This document shows positions 22,101 through 34,100 of a DNA stretch of 54,798 nucleotides, in pieces. The stretch's first letter is position 1; each line of letters begins with the position of its first letter. Made by a program: the position numbers and the translations under genes. Source of the stretch: Basidiobolus meristosporus CBS 931.73 (Eukaryota > Fungi > Basidiobolomycota); the NCBI GenBank assembly GCA_002104905.1, contig MCFE01000597.1:1-54798 (forward strand), written 5' to 3'. The notes under the pieces are model-generated. The model did not search any database. It saw nothing but the letters and a program-made list of their open reading frames with translations, and had not been told where the DNA came from.

Positions 22101-25100
22101 TTCCATACGGGACTCCGAAGACTCGGTTGGCTTGTGAGACTCAGCTGACTCAGAGGCCTTAGTGGACTTATAAGATTCAACAGACTTGGTAGATATATAA
22201 GACTGAGTGGACTCGGAAGATCTATGAGAAGCTGAAGACTCCATAGATTTGTGAGTAGCTGCTGATTCGCTAGCCTTCTGAGACTCAACCGATTGACGTC
22301 TCTTACGAGACTCGGAAGCCTCAGTTGGCTTGTGAGACTCAACGGGTTCGGTAGATCTATAAGGAGCGGAAGATTCAATGGGCTTGTAAGATCTAACGGA
22401 TTCAGTAGACCTATTAGTGTTAGAGGTTTCGACATGCTTGCGAGAATCAGTTGGCTTCTGGGGCTTCGAAGATTCGGTTGAATGGTGATGTTCAGCAGAC
22501 TCAGTTGATTTGTGCGCAGCCGATGATTCGGAGTGCTTGGGCGTCTCGACCGGTTTGACTTCCTTATGAGACACAGAGGCCTCAGTTGGCTTGTGAGATT
22601 CAACGGATGTAGTAGATCTATGAGTGTTCGAGGATTCAGCTGGCTTGCGAGATTCAACAGACTCGGTAGATCTATGGGCAGCTGATGATTCAGCGTGCTT
22701 GGTCAACTTCGCCGACTTGCTTTCCTTACGAGACTCGGAGGCCTCAGTGGGCTTGCGAGATTCAACGGATTTAGTAGATCTATGAGTGTTCGAGGATTCA
22801 GCAGGCTTGAGAGATTTAACAGACTCGGTAGATCTGTGGGCAGCTGATGATTCAGCGTGCTTGGTCAACTTCGCCGACTTGCTTTGCTTACGAGACTCGG
22901 AGGCCTCAGTAGGCTTGTCTGTCTGAACGGACTCGATGGATCTGTGAGTAGTTGTGGGCTCAACGGGCTTGCGAGACTCCTCAGATTTACTTCCCTTCTG
23001 GGACTCTAAAGATTCGGTAGATCTGTGCGAGGCTGATGACTCAATTGGTTTGCGAGATTCATTGGACTCGGTCGATCTGTGAGTTGCCGTGGATTTAGCA
23101 GATTTCTGAGTTTCCGTATGCGTACGAGACTCAACAGATTTGCCTTCCCTACGGGACTCCGAAGACTCAGCGGACCTGTGAGATTCAACGGACTCAGAGG
23201 CCTTGGTGGACTGGTGAGATTCAGACTCGGTCGATCTGTGAGTTGTCGTGGATTCAGTAGGCTTGCGGGATTCCGTCGGCTTAGGTGACTCAGCAGATTT
23301 GCTTTCTCTGCGGGGCTCCGAAGACTCAGTGGGCTTGTGAGACTCAACGGACTCAGTGGACCCGTGTGCAGCTGATGATTCAGAGTGCTTATGCGTCTCA
23401 ACAGATTTGCCTTCCTTATGGGATTCTGAAGACTTGGTTGGCTTGTGAGATTTAGCTGACTCGGAAGCTCTGTGAGTGCTCGACGCTTCGGCAGACTTTT
23501 GGGATTCTGTAGGCTTACGGGGCTCTACAGATTTGCTTTCCTTATGAGACTCCGAAGGCTCGACTGACTTGTGCGATTCAACAGACTCGGTGTATCTATG
23601 AGAAGCTGTTGATTCCGTTGGTTTGTGAGATTCATCGGACACAGTAGATCTGTGAGTTGTCGTAGATTCAGCAGATTTCTGAGATTCCGTATGCGTACGA
23701 GACTCGACAGATTTGCCTTCCCTACGGGACTCTGAAGACGCAGTGGGCTTGGGAGATTCAACGGACTCAGTAGATTCGTGTGCAGTTGATGATGCAGAGT
23801 GCTTGGGCGTTTCGACCGATTTGGCTTCTTTATGAGACTCAGAGGCGACAGTGGGCTTGTGAGATTCAATGGACTCCATGGATCTTTGAGTGTGAGAAGG
23901 TTCAGCAGGCTTATGTGACTCAGCAGATTTGCCTTCCCTATGGGACTCCGAAGATTCAGTGGGCTTGGGAGATTCAACGGACCCAGTAGATTCGTGTGCA
24001 GTTGATGATGCAGAGTGCTTGGGCGTCTCGACCGACTTGGCTTCCTTATGAGACTCTGAGGACGCAGTGTGCTTGTGAGATTGAATGGACTCTGTGGATC
24101 TGTGAGTGTGAGAAGGTTCAGCTGGCTTGTGCGATTCTGTAGGCTTACGGGGCTCTACAGATTTGCTTTCCTTATGATGCTCCGAAGACTCGGCTGATCT
24201 GTGGGATACAACAGACCCAGTGGAACTGTGCGAGACTGGTGATTCGGTTGGTTTGTGTGATTCATCGGACTCGGTCGATCTGTGGGCTGTTGTGGATTCC
24301 ACAGTCTTGCGGGATTCCGTAGACTTACGTGACTCAGTAGATTTGCTTTCTCTCCGGGTCTCCGAAGACTCAGTGGGCTTGTGAGACTCAACGGACTCAG
24401 TGGACCCGTGTGCAGCTGATGATTCAGAGTGCTTATGCGTCTCAACAGATTTGCCTTCCTTATGGGATTCTGAAGACTTAGTTGGCTTGTGAGATTCAGC
24501 GGACTCGGAAGCTCTGTGAGTGTTCGACGCTTCAGCAGGCTTTTGAGATTCTGTAGGCTTACGGGGCTCTGCGGATTTGCTTTCCTTATGAGACTCCGAA
24601 GACTCGACCGGCTTGAGAGATTCAACAGACTCAGTAGATCTGTGAGTGTTCGACGCTTCAGCTGGCTTTTGGGATTCTGTAGGCTTACGAGGCGCTACAG
24701 ATTGGCTTTCCTTATGGGATTCCGAAGACTTGGTGGGCTTGTGAGATTCAGCGGACTCGGAAGCTCTGTGAGTGTTCGACGCTTCAGTAGGCTTTTGAGA
24801 TTCTGTTGGCTTACGGGGCTCTACAGATTTGCTTTCCTTATGAGACTCCGAAGGCTCGACTGGCTTGTGCGATTCAACAGACTGGGTAGATCTATGAGAG
24901 GCTGGTGATTCAGTTGGTTTGTGAGATTCAACGGACTCAGTAGATATGTGAGTGTTCGAAGGTTCAGCTGACTTGTGCGATTCAGTTGGTTTACGAGGCT
25001 CTGCAGATTTGCTTTCCTGATGGGACTTCGAAGACTCGGCTGATCTGTGGGATGCAACAGAACCAGTGGAACTGTGCGAGACTGATGATTCGGTTGGTTT

Positions 25101-28100
25101 GTGTGATTCATCGGACTCGGTCGATCTGTGGGCTGTCGTGGATTCCACAGTCTTGCGGGATTCCGTAGACTTACGTGACTCAGCAGATTTGCTTTCTCTG
25201 CGGGGCTCCGAAGACTCAGTGGGCTTGTGAGACTCAACGGACTCAGTGGACCCGTGTGCAGCTGATGATTCAGAGTGCTTATGCGTCTCAACAGATTTGC
25301 CTTCCTTATGGGATTCTGAAGACTTGGTTGGCTTGTGAGATTTAGCTGACTCGGAAGCTCTGTGAGTGCTCGACGCTTCAGCAGGCTTTTGAGATTCTGT
25401 AGGCTTACGGGGCTCTACAGATTTGCTTTCCTTAGGAGACTCCGAAGGCTCGACTGACTTGTGCGATTCAACAGACTCGGTGGATCTGTGAGAAGCTGTT
25501 GATTCCGTTGGTTTGTGAGATTCATCGGACACAGTAGATCTGTGAGTTGTCGTAGATTCAGCAGATTTCTGAGATTCCGTATGCGTACGAGACTCGACAG
25601 ATTTGCCTTCCCTACGGGACTCTGAAGACGCAGTGGGCTTGGGAGATTCAACGGACTCAGTAGATTCGTGTGCAGTTGATGATGCAGAGTGCTTGGGCGT
25701 TTCGACCGATTTGGCTTCTTTATGAGACTCAGAGGCGACAGTGGGCTTGTGAGATTCAATGGACTCCATGGATCTTTGAGTGTGAGAAGGTTCAGCAGGC
25801 TTATGTGACTCAGTAGGCTTACGAGGCTCTACGGAGTTGCTTTCCTTATGATGCTCCGAAGACTCGGCTGACCTGTGGGGTACAGCAGACCCAGTGGAAC
25901 TGTGTGAGACTGGTGATTCAGTTGGTTTGTGAGATCTATCAGACTCGGTCGATCTGTGAGTTGTCGAAGATTCAGCAGGCTTGCGGGATTCCGTAGGCTT
26001 ACGTGACTTCGCAGATTTGTCTTCCCTATGGGACTTCGAAGACTCGGTTGGCTTGTGGGAATCAGCGGACTCAGAGGCCTTAGTGGGCTTGTGAGATTCA
26101 ATAGATTCCACAGATCTTGAGGCTAGTGAAGGCTCAGCAGGCTTGTGCGATTCTGTAGGTTTGCGAGGCTCAACAGATTTGCCTTCCCTACGGGACTCCG
26201 ACGACTCAACTGGCTTGTGAGAGGCTGGTGATTCAGTTGGTTTGTGAGATTCATCAGACTTGGTCAATCTGTGAGTGTGAGAAGGTTCAGCTGGCTTGTG
26301 TGATTCTGTAGGCTTACGGGGCTCTACAGATTTGCTTTCCTTATGATGCTCCGAAGACTCGGCTGATCTGTGGGATACAACAGACCCAGTGGAACTGTGC
26401 GAGACTGATGATTCGGTTGGTTTGTGTGATTCATCGGACTCGGTCGATCTGTGGGCTGTCGTGGATTCCACAGTCTTGCGGGATTCCGTAGACTTACGTG
26501 ACTCAGCAGATTTGCTTTCTCTGCGGGGCTCCGAAGACTCAGTGGGCTTGTGAGACTCAACGGACTCAGTGGACCCGTGTGCAGCTGATGATTCAGAGTG
26601 CTTATGCGTCTCAACAGATTTGCCTTCCTTATGGGATTCTGAAGACTTGGTTGGCTTGTGAGATTTAGCTGACTCGGAAGCTCTGTGAGTGTTCGACGCT
26701 TCAGCAGGCTTTTGAGATTCTGTAGGCTTACGGGGCTCTACAGATTTGCTTTCCTTAGGAGACTCCGAAGGCTCGACTGGCCTGTGCGATTCATCAGAAG
26801 CAGTAGATCTATCAGTGTTTGAAGGTTCAGCAGGCTTGTGTGATTCCGTCGGTTCACGAGGCTCTGTAGATTTGCTTTCCTGATGGGACTTCGAAGATCC
26901 GGTTGGCTTGTGAGATTCAACGGGCTCAGTGGATTTGTGTGCAGCTGATGACTCGAAGTGCTTGTGCGACTCAGCCGATTTGCTTTCCTTACGAGGTTCC
27001 GAGGATTCGGTAGATTTGTGAGCAGCTGATGATTCAGTGTGCCTGTGCGTCTCGATCGATTTGCTTTCTTTGTGAGATTTTGATGACTCAGATGGCTTTC
27101 GAGACTCAATGGACCCAGTAGATTTATGTGCAACTGATGACTCTGAGTGCTTGTGCGACTCAACTGATTTGCTTTCCTTGTGAGTCTCCGTCGACTCTGC
27201 TGCCTTGTGGGATTCAACAGACTTGGTAGATCTGTGAGAGGCTGGTGATTCAGTTGGCTTGTGTGCCCCATCGGATCCAGTAGATCTATGAGGGTGCGAG
27301 GGTTCAGCAGGTTTGTGAGATTCCGTAGGCTTAGGAGACTCGACAGATTTGTTTTCCTTGTGAGATTTTGAAGACTCGGTTGGTTTGTGAGATTCAGCTG
27401 ACACAGTAGATCTATGGGTAACTGATGACTCTGAGTGCTTGTGCGACTCGACCGATTTGCTTTCCTTACGAGACTCAGAGGTCTCAGTGGGCTCATGAGA
27501 TTTAACAGACTCGGCAGATCTGTGAGAGGCTGGGGACTCGGATGGTTTGTGAGATTCAGCGGACTCAACGGATCTATGAGTGCTTGAGGATTTAGCAGGT
27601 TTGCGAGTATCGATAGACTTAGGAGACTCAGAGGCCCTAGTGGAACTGCGAGAATCGGCGGATGCGGTAGATCTTAGAGTGCTTGAGGATTCAGTGGGCT
27701 TGTGGGTATCGGTATGCATACCAGACTCGATAGATTTACTGTCATTATGAGGTTCCGAAGATTTCGTTGGCTTGTGGGACTCGACGGACTCAGTAGATCT
27801 GTGAGAGACTGGTGATTCAGTTGGTTTGCGAGATTCCGTAGGCTTACGAGACACCACAGATTTGGTAGACTTGTTTACTGTGCTATTATCCAATGATTCT
27901 GTAGCCTTATGAGATTCCATAGACTTGCTTTGTTCACGGGACTTCGAAGACTCAATGGAGTTAGTAGGCTGCTGAGAGGTTGAGGGTATAACAGACTTGC
28001 TCTCTTTGTGGGAAGCTATTGGAGACTCCGAAGCAACAGTAGGCCTATGGGTTTCAGACCGTTCTGTAGGCTTATGAGATGTAGAAGACTCGGCAGGCTT

Positions 28101-31100
28101 GCGTGGCTCTACAGACTTGGTATCGCGGTGGGTCTGTGATGAGGCGATGCGCTTGTGTGTTTCAACAGTTGCCGAAGATTGATGAGAAACCGAAGTTTCA
28201 GTAGACTTATCAGATTTACTTGATTTGGTGGATTCGCGCACAGTTGAAGATCCTCGTGAATGATTCTTCAAGGTAGACGAGGCAGGCTTGGTAGATGGGC
28301 CAGTAGTGAAGGTATTAGCGTGCTTCTTACACTCAATACCGACAGCAGTGTTCATGCAAACTGAGTTGTCACCACAAGTGCCACTCCCAGTTGCCTTCGA
28401 ATTCTCACAAGTGACATAGTACGGCGAGCTGCCAGGAACGGTGCATCTCTCCTTCTGATCGCAAATGGGGGTGGATGTGCAAGGGTGAACTTGGTACGAG
28501 TGGGTGTTCTTCCCGCAGACCAAGCCCATTGGACATTGCTGCCATTCCCACACATTTCCGTTAGGTCCGGTGGTACAGGTTCGATAGGTGTTCACTCCTC
28601 CTTCAACGCAATGAGTAGAGCCAAGTGAGCAGCTAGCATCAGGAATACTTTCTACCGCCACACAGTTGATATTTTCACCGTCCTGTTCACATACTGTCCC
28701 ATTGTTACAATCATTCTCATACTCCTGTTCTTTGCTCCAGTAGTGGTATCTGTTGGATACTCCAGAGTTGAAGCACTTGGCATCCTTGCGACTACCTCTG
28801 ATATTGCTCGTGGGGTTTGGCTTGGTGCTGGAGGTTGTCGAGGATGAACTAGCAGAGCCCTGTGGGGGCACTCCACACTCCTTGAAAGCACCATTCTGCT
28901 CGATGCAGACTAGGCCTGTGCTGCACTCAGATGGAACCCATTTGCCGAACGAGCACTGACCAAAGTGCTTGGAATCAAGGCACTTGAATGTTCCCTCAGT
29001 GCAAGGCACATTTGAAGGACCAGCTTGCTGGCTACTGGTTGCTGCAGACGACAAAGAGATCTCGGATTGAGTATGCTTCTCCCTAGTTGTCACTGAATGT
29101 TGCTCGATAGATGTCGACGTTGGCTTAGTTTCTGAGCTTGTAGCTGTTGAGGGTTTGACGCTCGGTACTAATACCTGACTTTTAGAAAGTGTTTTCATTG
29201 GCGAAGTGCCTGGTTGGGTGGAAATCCTACTTGAATCATCTTTGGTATCAGCAGTTGACGTAGTCGAACTACTAGATGTATTGCCTCTTGCCGATGCTGA
29301 CTCGGTAGTGGGCGCCTTAGATGAGCTACTAGCACGTTTTTTACACTCGATCCCACTAGCAGTGTTCATACAGATTGAATTGTCACCACAGGTGCCACTT
29401 CCGGTTGCCTTCGAATTCTCGCAAGTGACATAGTACGGCGAGCTGCCAGGAACGGTGCATCTCTCCCTTTGATCGCAAATGGGGGTGGATGTGCAAGGGT
29501 ACACTAGGTACGAGTGGGTGTTCTTCCCGCAGACCAAGCCCATTGGACATTGCTGCCATTCCCACACATTTCCGTTAGGTCCGGTGGTACAGGTGCGATA
29601 GGTGTTCACTCCTCCTTCAACGCAATGGGTAGAGCCGAGGGCACACTTGTCGTCAGGAATGTTGGGCAACGCCACACAGTTGATGTTGTCGCCATCTTGC
29701 TCACATACTGTCCCGTTGTTACAATCGTTCGTGTACTCCTCGCCATTACTCCAGTAGTGGTATCTGTTGGACACTCCCGAGTTGAAGCACTTGGCATTCT
29801 TGCGATTACCTCTGATACTGCTGGTGGGGTTCGGCTTGGTGCTGGAGGTTGTCGAGGATGGACTAGCAGAGCCCTGTGGTGGCACTCCACACTCCTTGAA
29901 AGCACCATTCTGCTCGATGCAGACTAGGCCTGTGCTGCACTCAGATGGAACCCACTTGCCGAACGAGCACTGACCAAAGTGGGTGGAATCAAGGCACTTG
30001 AATGTTCCCTCAGTACAAGGCACGTTGGATGGCTCACCTTGCTTGCTGCTGGTTGCAGTAGATACTGATGATGATGATGTTGATAATGATGTAGGGTTCT
30101 TCGATTGAGTATGCTTTTCGATGGGTGTTGCTGACTGTTGGCCGGTAGACATCGACATTTCTTTGGTTTCTGAGCTTGTAGCAGCTGAAGGTTGGACGCT
30201 GGATGATGTAGTCATACTTTCAGTCAAAGTATTCATTGCCGAGCTGCTGGATGTAGTGTCTCTTGCCGATGCTGACTCGGTAGTATGTGACTTAGATGAG
30301 CTACTAGCACGCTGTTTACACTCGATGCCACTAGCAGTGTTCATACAGACTGAGTTAACACCACAAGTACCGCTCCCGGTTGCCTCCGAATTCTCACAAG
30401 TGACATAGTACGGCGAGCTGCCGGGAACGGTGCATCTCTCCTTCTGATCGCAAATGGGGGTGGATGTGCAAGGGTACACTTGGTACGAATGGGTGTTCTT
30501 CCCGCAGACCAAGCCCATTGGACATTGCTGCCATTCCCACACATTTCCGTTAGGTCCGGTGGTACAGGTGCGATAGGTGTTCACTCCTCCTTCAACGCAA
30601 TGGGTAGAGCCGAGGGCACACTTGTCGTCAGGAATGTTGGGCAACGCCACACAGTTGATGTTGTCGCCATCTTGCTCACATACTGTCCCGTTGTTACAAT
30701 CGTTCGTGTACTCCTCACCATTACTCCAGTAGTGGTATCTGTTGGACACTCCCGAGTTGAAGCACTTGGCATTCTTGCGATTACCTCTGATACTGCTGGT
30801 GGGGTTCGGCTTGGTGCTGGAGGTTGTCGAGGATGGACTAGCAGAGCCCTGTGGTGGCACTCCACACTCCTTGAAAGCACCATTCTGCTCGATGCAGACC
30901 AGTCCTGTGCTGCACTCAGATGGAACCCATTTGCCGAACGAGCACTGACCAAAGTGAGTGGAGTCGAGACACTTGAATGTTCCCTCAGTACAAGGCACGT
31001 TGGATGGCTCACCTTGCTTGCTGCTGGTTGCAGTAGATACTGATGATGATGATGTTGATAATGATGTGGGGTTCTTCGATTGAGTATGCTTTTCGATGGG

Positions 31101-34100
31101 TGTTGCTGACTGTTGGTCGGTAGACATCGACATTTGTTTGGTTTCTGAGCTTGTAGCAGCTGAAGGTTGGACGCTGGATGATGTAGTCAAACTCTCAGTC
31201 AAAGTATTCTTTGCCGAGCTGCTGGATGTAGTGTGTCTTGCCGATGCTGACTCGGTAGTATGTGACTTAGAGGAGCTACTAGCACGCTGTTTACACTCGA
31301 TGCCACTAGCAGTGTTCATACAGACTGAGTTAACACCACAAGTACCGCTCCCGGTTGCCTCCGAATTCTCACAAGTGACATAGTACGGCGAGCTGCCAGG
31401 AACGGTACATCTCTCCTTCTGATCGCAAATGGGGGTGGATGTGCAAGGGTACACTTGGTACGAATGGGTGTTCTTCCCGCAGACCAAGCCCATTGGACAT
31501 TGCTGCCATTCCCACACATTTCCGTTAGGTCCGGTGGTACAGGTGCGATAGGTGTTCACTCCTCCTTCAACGCAATGGGTAGAGCCGAGGGCACACTTGT
31601 CGTCAGGAATGTTGGGCAACGCCACGCAGTTGATGTTGTCGCCATCTTGCTCACATACTGTCCCGTTGTTACAATCGTTCGTGTACTCCTCGCCATTACT
31701 CCAGTAGTGGTATCTGTTGGACACTCCCGAGTTGAAGCACTTGGCATTCTTGCGATTACCTCTGATACTGCTGGTGGGGTTCGGCTTGGTGCTGGAGGTT
31801 GTCGAGGATGGACTAGCAGAGCCCTGTGGTGGCACTCCACACTCCTTGAAAGCACCATTCTGCTCGATGCAGACCAGTCCTGTGCTGCACTCAGATGGAA
31901 CCCATTTGCCGAACGAGCACTGACCAAAGTGAGTGGAATCAAGGCACTTGAATGTTCCCTCAGTACAAGGCACGTTGGATGGCTCACCTTGCTTGCTGCT
32001 GGTTGCAGTAGGTACTGATGATGATGCCGATAATGATGTGGGGTTCTTGGATTGAGTATGCTTTTCGATGGGTGTTACTGACTGTTGTTCGGTAGACTTC
32101 GACATTTGTTTGGTTTGTGAGCTTGTAGAAGCTGAAGGTTGGACGCTGAATGATGTGGTCAAACTCTCAGTCAAAGTATTCTTTGCCGAGCTCTTGGATG
32201 TAGTGTCTCTTGCCGATGCTGACTCGGTAGTGGGCGCCTTAGATGAGCTACTGGCACGTTTTTTACACTCGATCCCACTAGCAGTGTTCATACAGACTGA
32301 ATTGTCACCACAAGTGCCACTCCCGGTTGCCTCCGAATTCTCACAAGTGACATAGTACGGCGAGCTGCCAGGAACGGTGCATCTCTCCTTTTGATCGCAA
32401 ATGGGGGTGGATGTGCAAGGGTACACTTGGTACGAGTGGGTGTTCTTCCCGCAGACCAAGCCCATTGGACATTGCTGCCATTCCCACACATTTCCGTTAG
32501 GTCCGGTGGTACAGGTTCGATAGGTGTTCACTCCTCCTTCAACGCAATGGGTAGAGCCGAGGGCACACTTGTCGTCAGGAATGTTGGGCAACGCCACGCA
32601 GTTGATGTTGTCGCCATCTTGCTCACATACTGTCCCGTTGTTACAATCGTTCGTGTACTCCTCGCCATTACTCCAGTAGTGGTATCTGTTGGACACTCCC
32701 GAGTTGAAGCACTTGGCATTCTTGCGATTACCTCTGATACTGCTGGTGGGGTTCGGCTTGGTGCTGGAGGTTGTCGAGGATGGACTAGCAGAGCCCTGTG
32801 GTGGCACTCCACACTCCTTGAAAGCACCATTCTGCTCGATGCAGACTAGGCCTGTGCTGCACTCAGATGGAACCCACTTGCCGAACGAGCACTGACCAAA
32901 GTGGGTGGAATCAAGGCACTTGAATGTTCCCTCAGTACAAGGCAAGTTTGATGGCTCACCTTGCTTGCTGCTGGTTGCAGTAGATACTGATGATGATGAT
33001 GTTGATAATGATGTGGGGTTCTTCGATTGAGTATGCTTTTCGATTGGTGTTGCTGACTGTTGTTCGGTAGACTTCGAAATTTGTTTGGTTTGTGAGCTTG
33101 TAGAAGCTGAAAGTTGGACGCTGGATGATGTGGTCAAACTCTCAGTCAAAGTATTCTTTGCCGAGCTCTTGGATGTAGTGTCTCTTGCCGATGCTGACTC
33201 GGTAGTATGTGACTTAGATGAGCTACTAGCACGCTGTTTACACTCGATGCCACTAGCAGTATTCATACAGACTGAATTGTCACCACAAGTGCCACTCCCG
33301 GTAGCCTCCGAATTCTCACAAGTGACATAGTACGGCGAGCTGCCAGGAACGGTGCATCTCTCCTTCTGATCGCAAATGGGGGTGGATGTGCAAGGGTACA
33401 CTTGGTACGAGTGGGTGTTCTTCCCGCAGACCAAGCCCATTGGACATTGCTGCCATTCCCACACATTTCCATTAGGTCCGGTGGTACAGGTTCGATAGGT
33501 GTTCACTCCTCCTTCAACGCAATGGGTAGAGCCGAGGGCACACTTGTCGTCAGGAATGTTGGGCAACGCCACACAGTTGATGTTGTCGCCATCTTGCTCA
33601 CATACTGTCCCGTTGTTACAATCGTTCGTGTACTCCTCACCATTACTCCAGTAGTGGTATCTGTTGGATACTCCCGAGTTGAAGCACTTGGCATCCTTGC
33701 GATTACCTCTGATACTGCTGGTGGGGTTCGGCTTGGTGCTGGAGGTTGTCGAGGATGGACTAGCAGAGCCCTGTGGTGGCACTCCACACTCCTTGAAAGC
33801 ACCATTCTGCTCGATGCAGACTAGGCCTGTGCTGCACTCAGATGGAACCCATTTGCCGAACGAGCACTGACCAAAGTGAGTGGAGTCGAGACACTTGAAT
33901 GTTCCCTCAGTACAAGGCACGTTTGATGGCTCACCTTGCTTGCTGCTGGTTGCAGTAGATACTGATGATGATGATGCTGATAATGATGTGGGGTTCTTCG
34001 ATTGAGTATGCTTTTCGATGGGTGTTGCTGACTGTTGGTCGGTAGACATCGACATTTGTTTGGTTTCTGAGCTTGTAGCAGCTGAAGGTTGGACGCTGGA

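Noticed and set aside
21659-27568. Many alternate-frame L/P/S/N-rich ORFs (up to 332 aa)
   Set aside because: Out-of-frame readings of the same low-complexity stalk.
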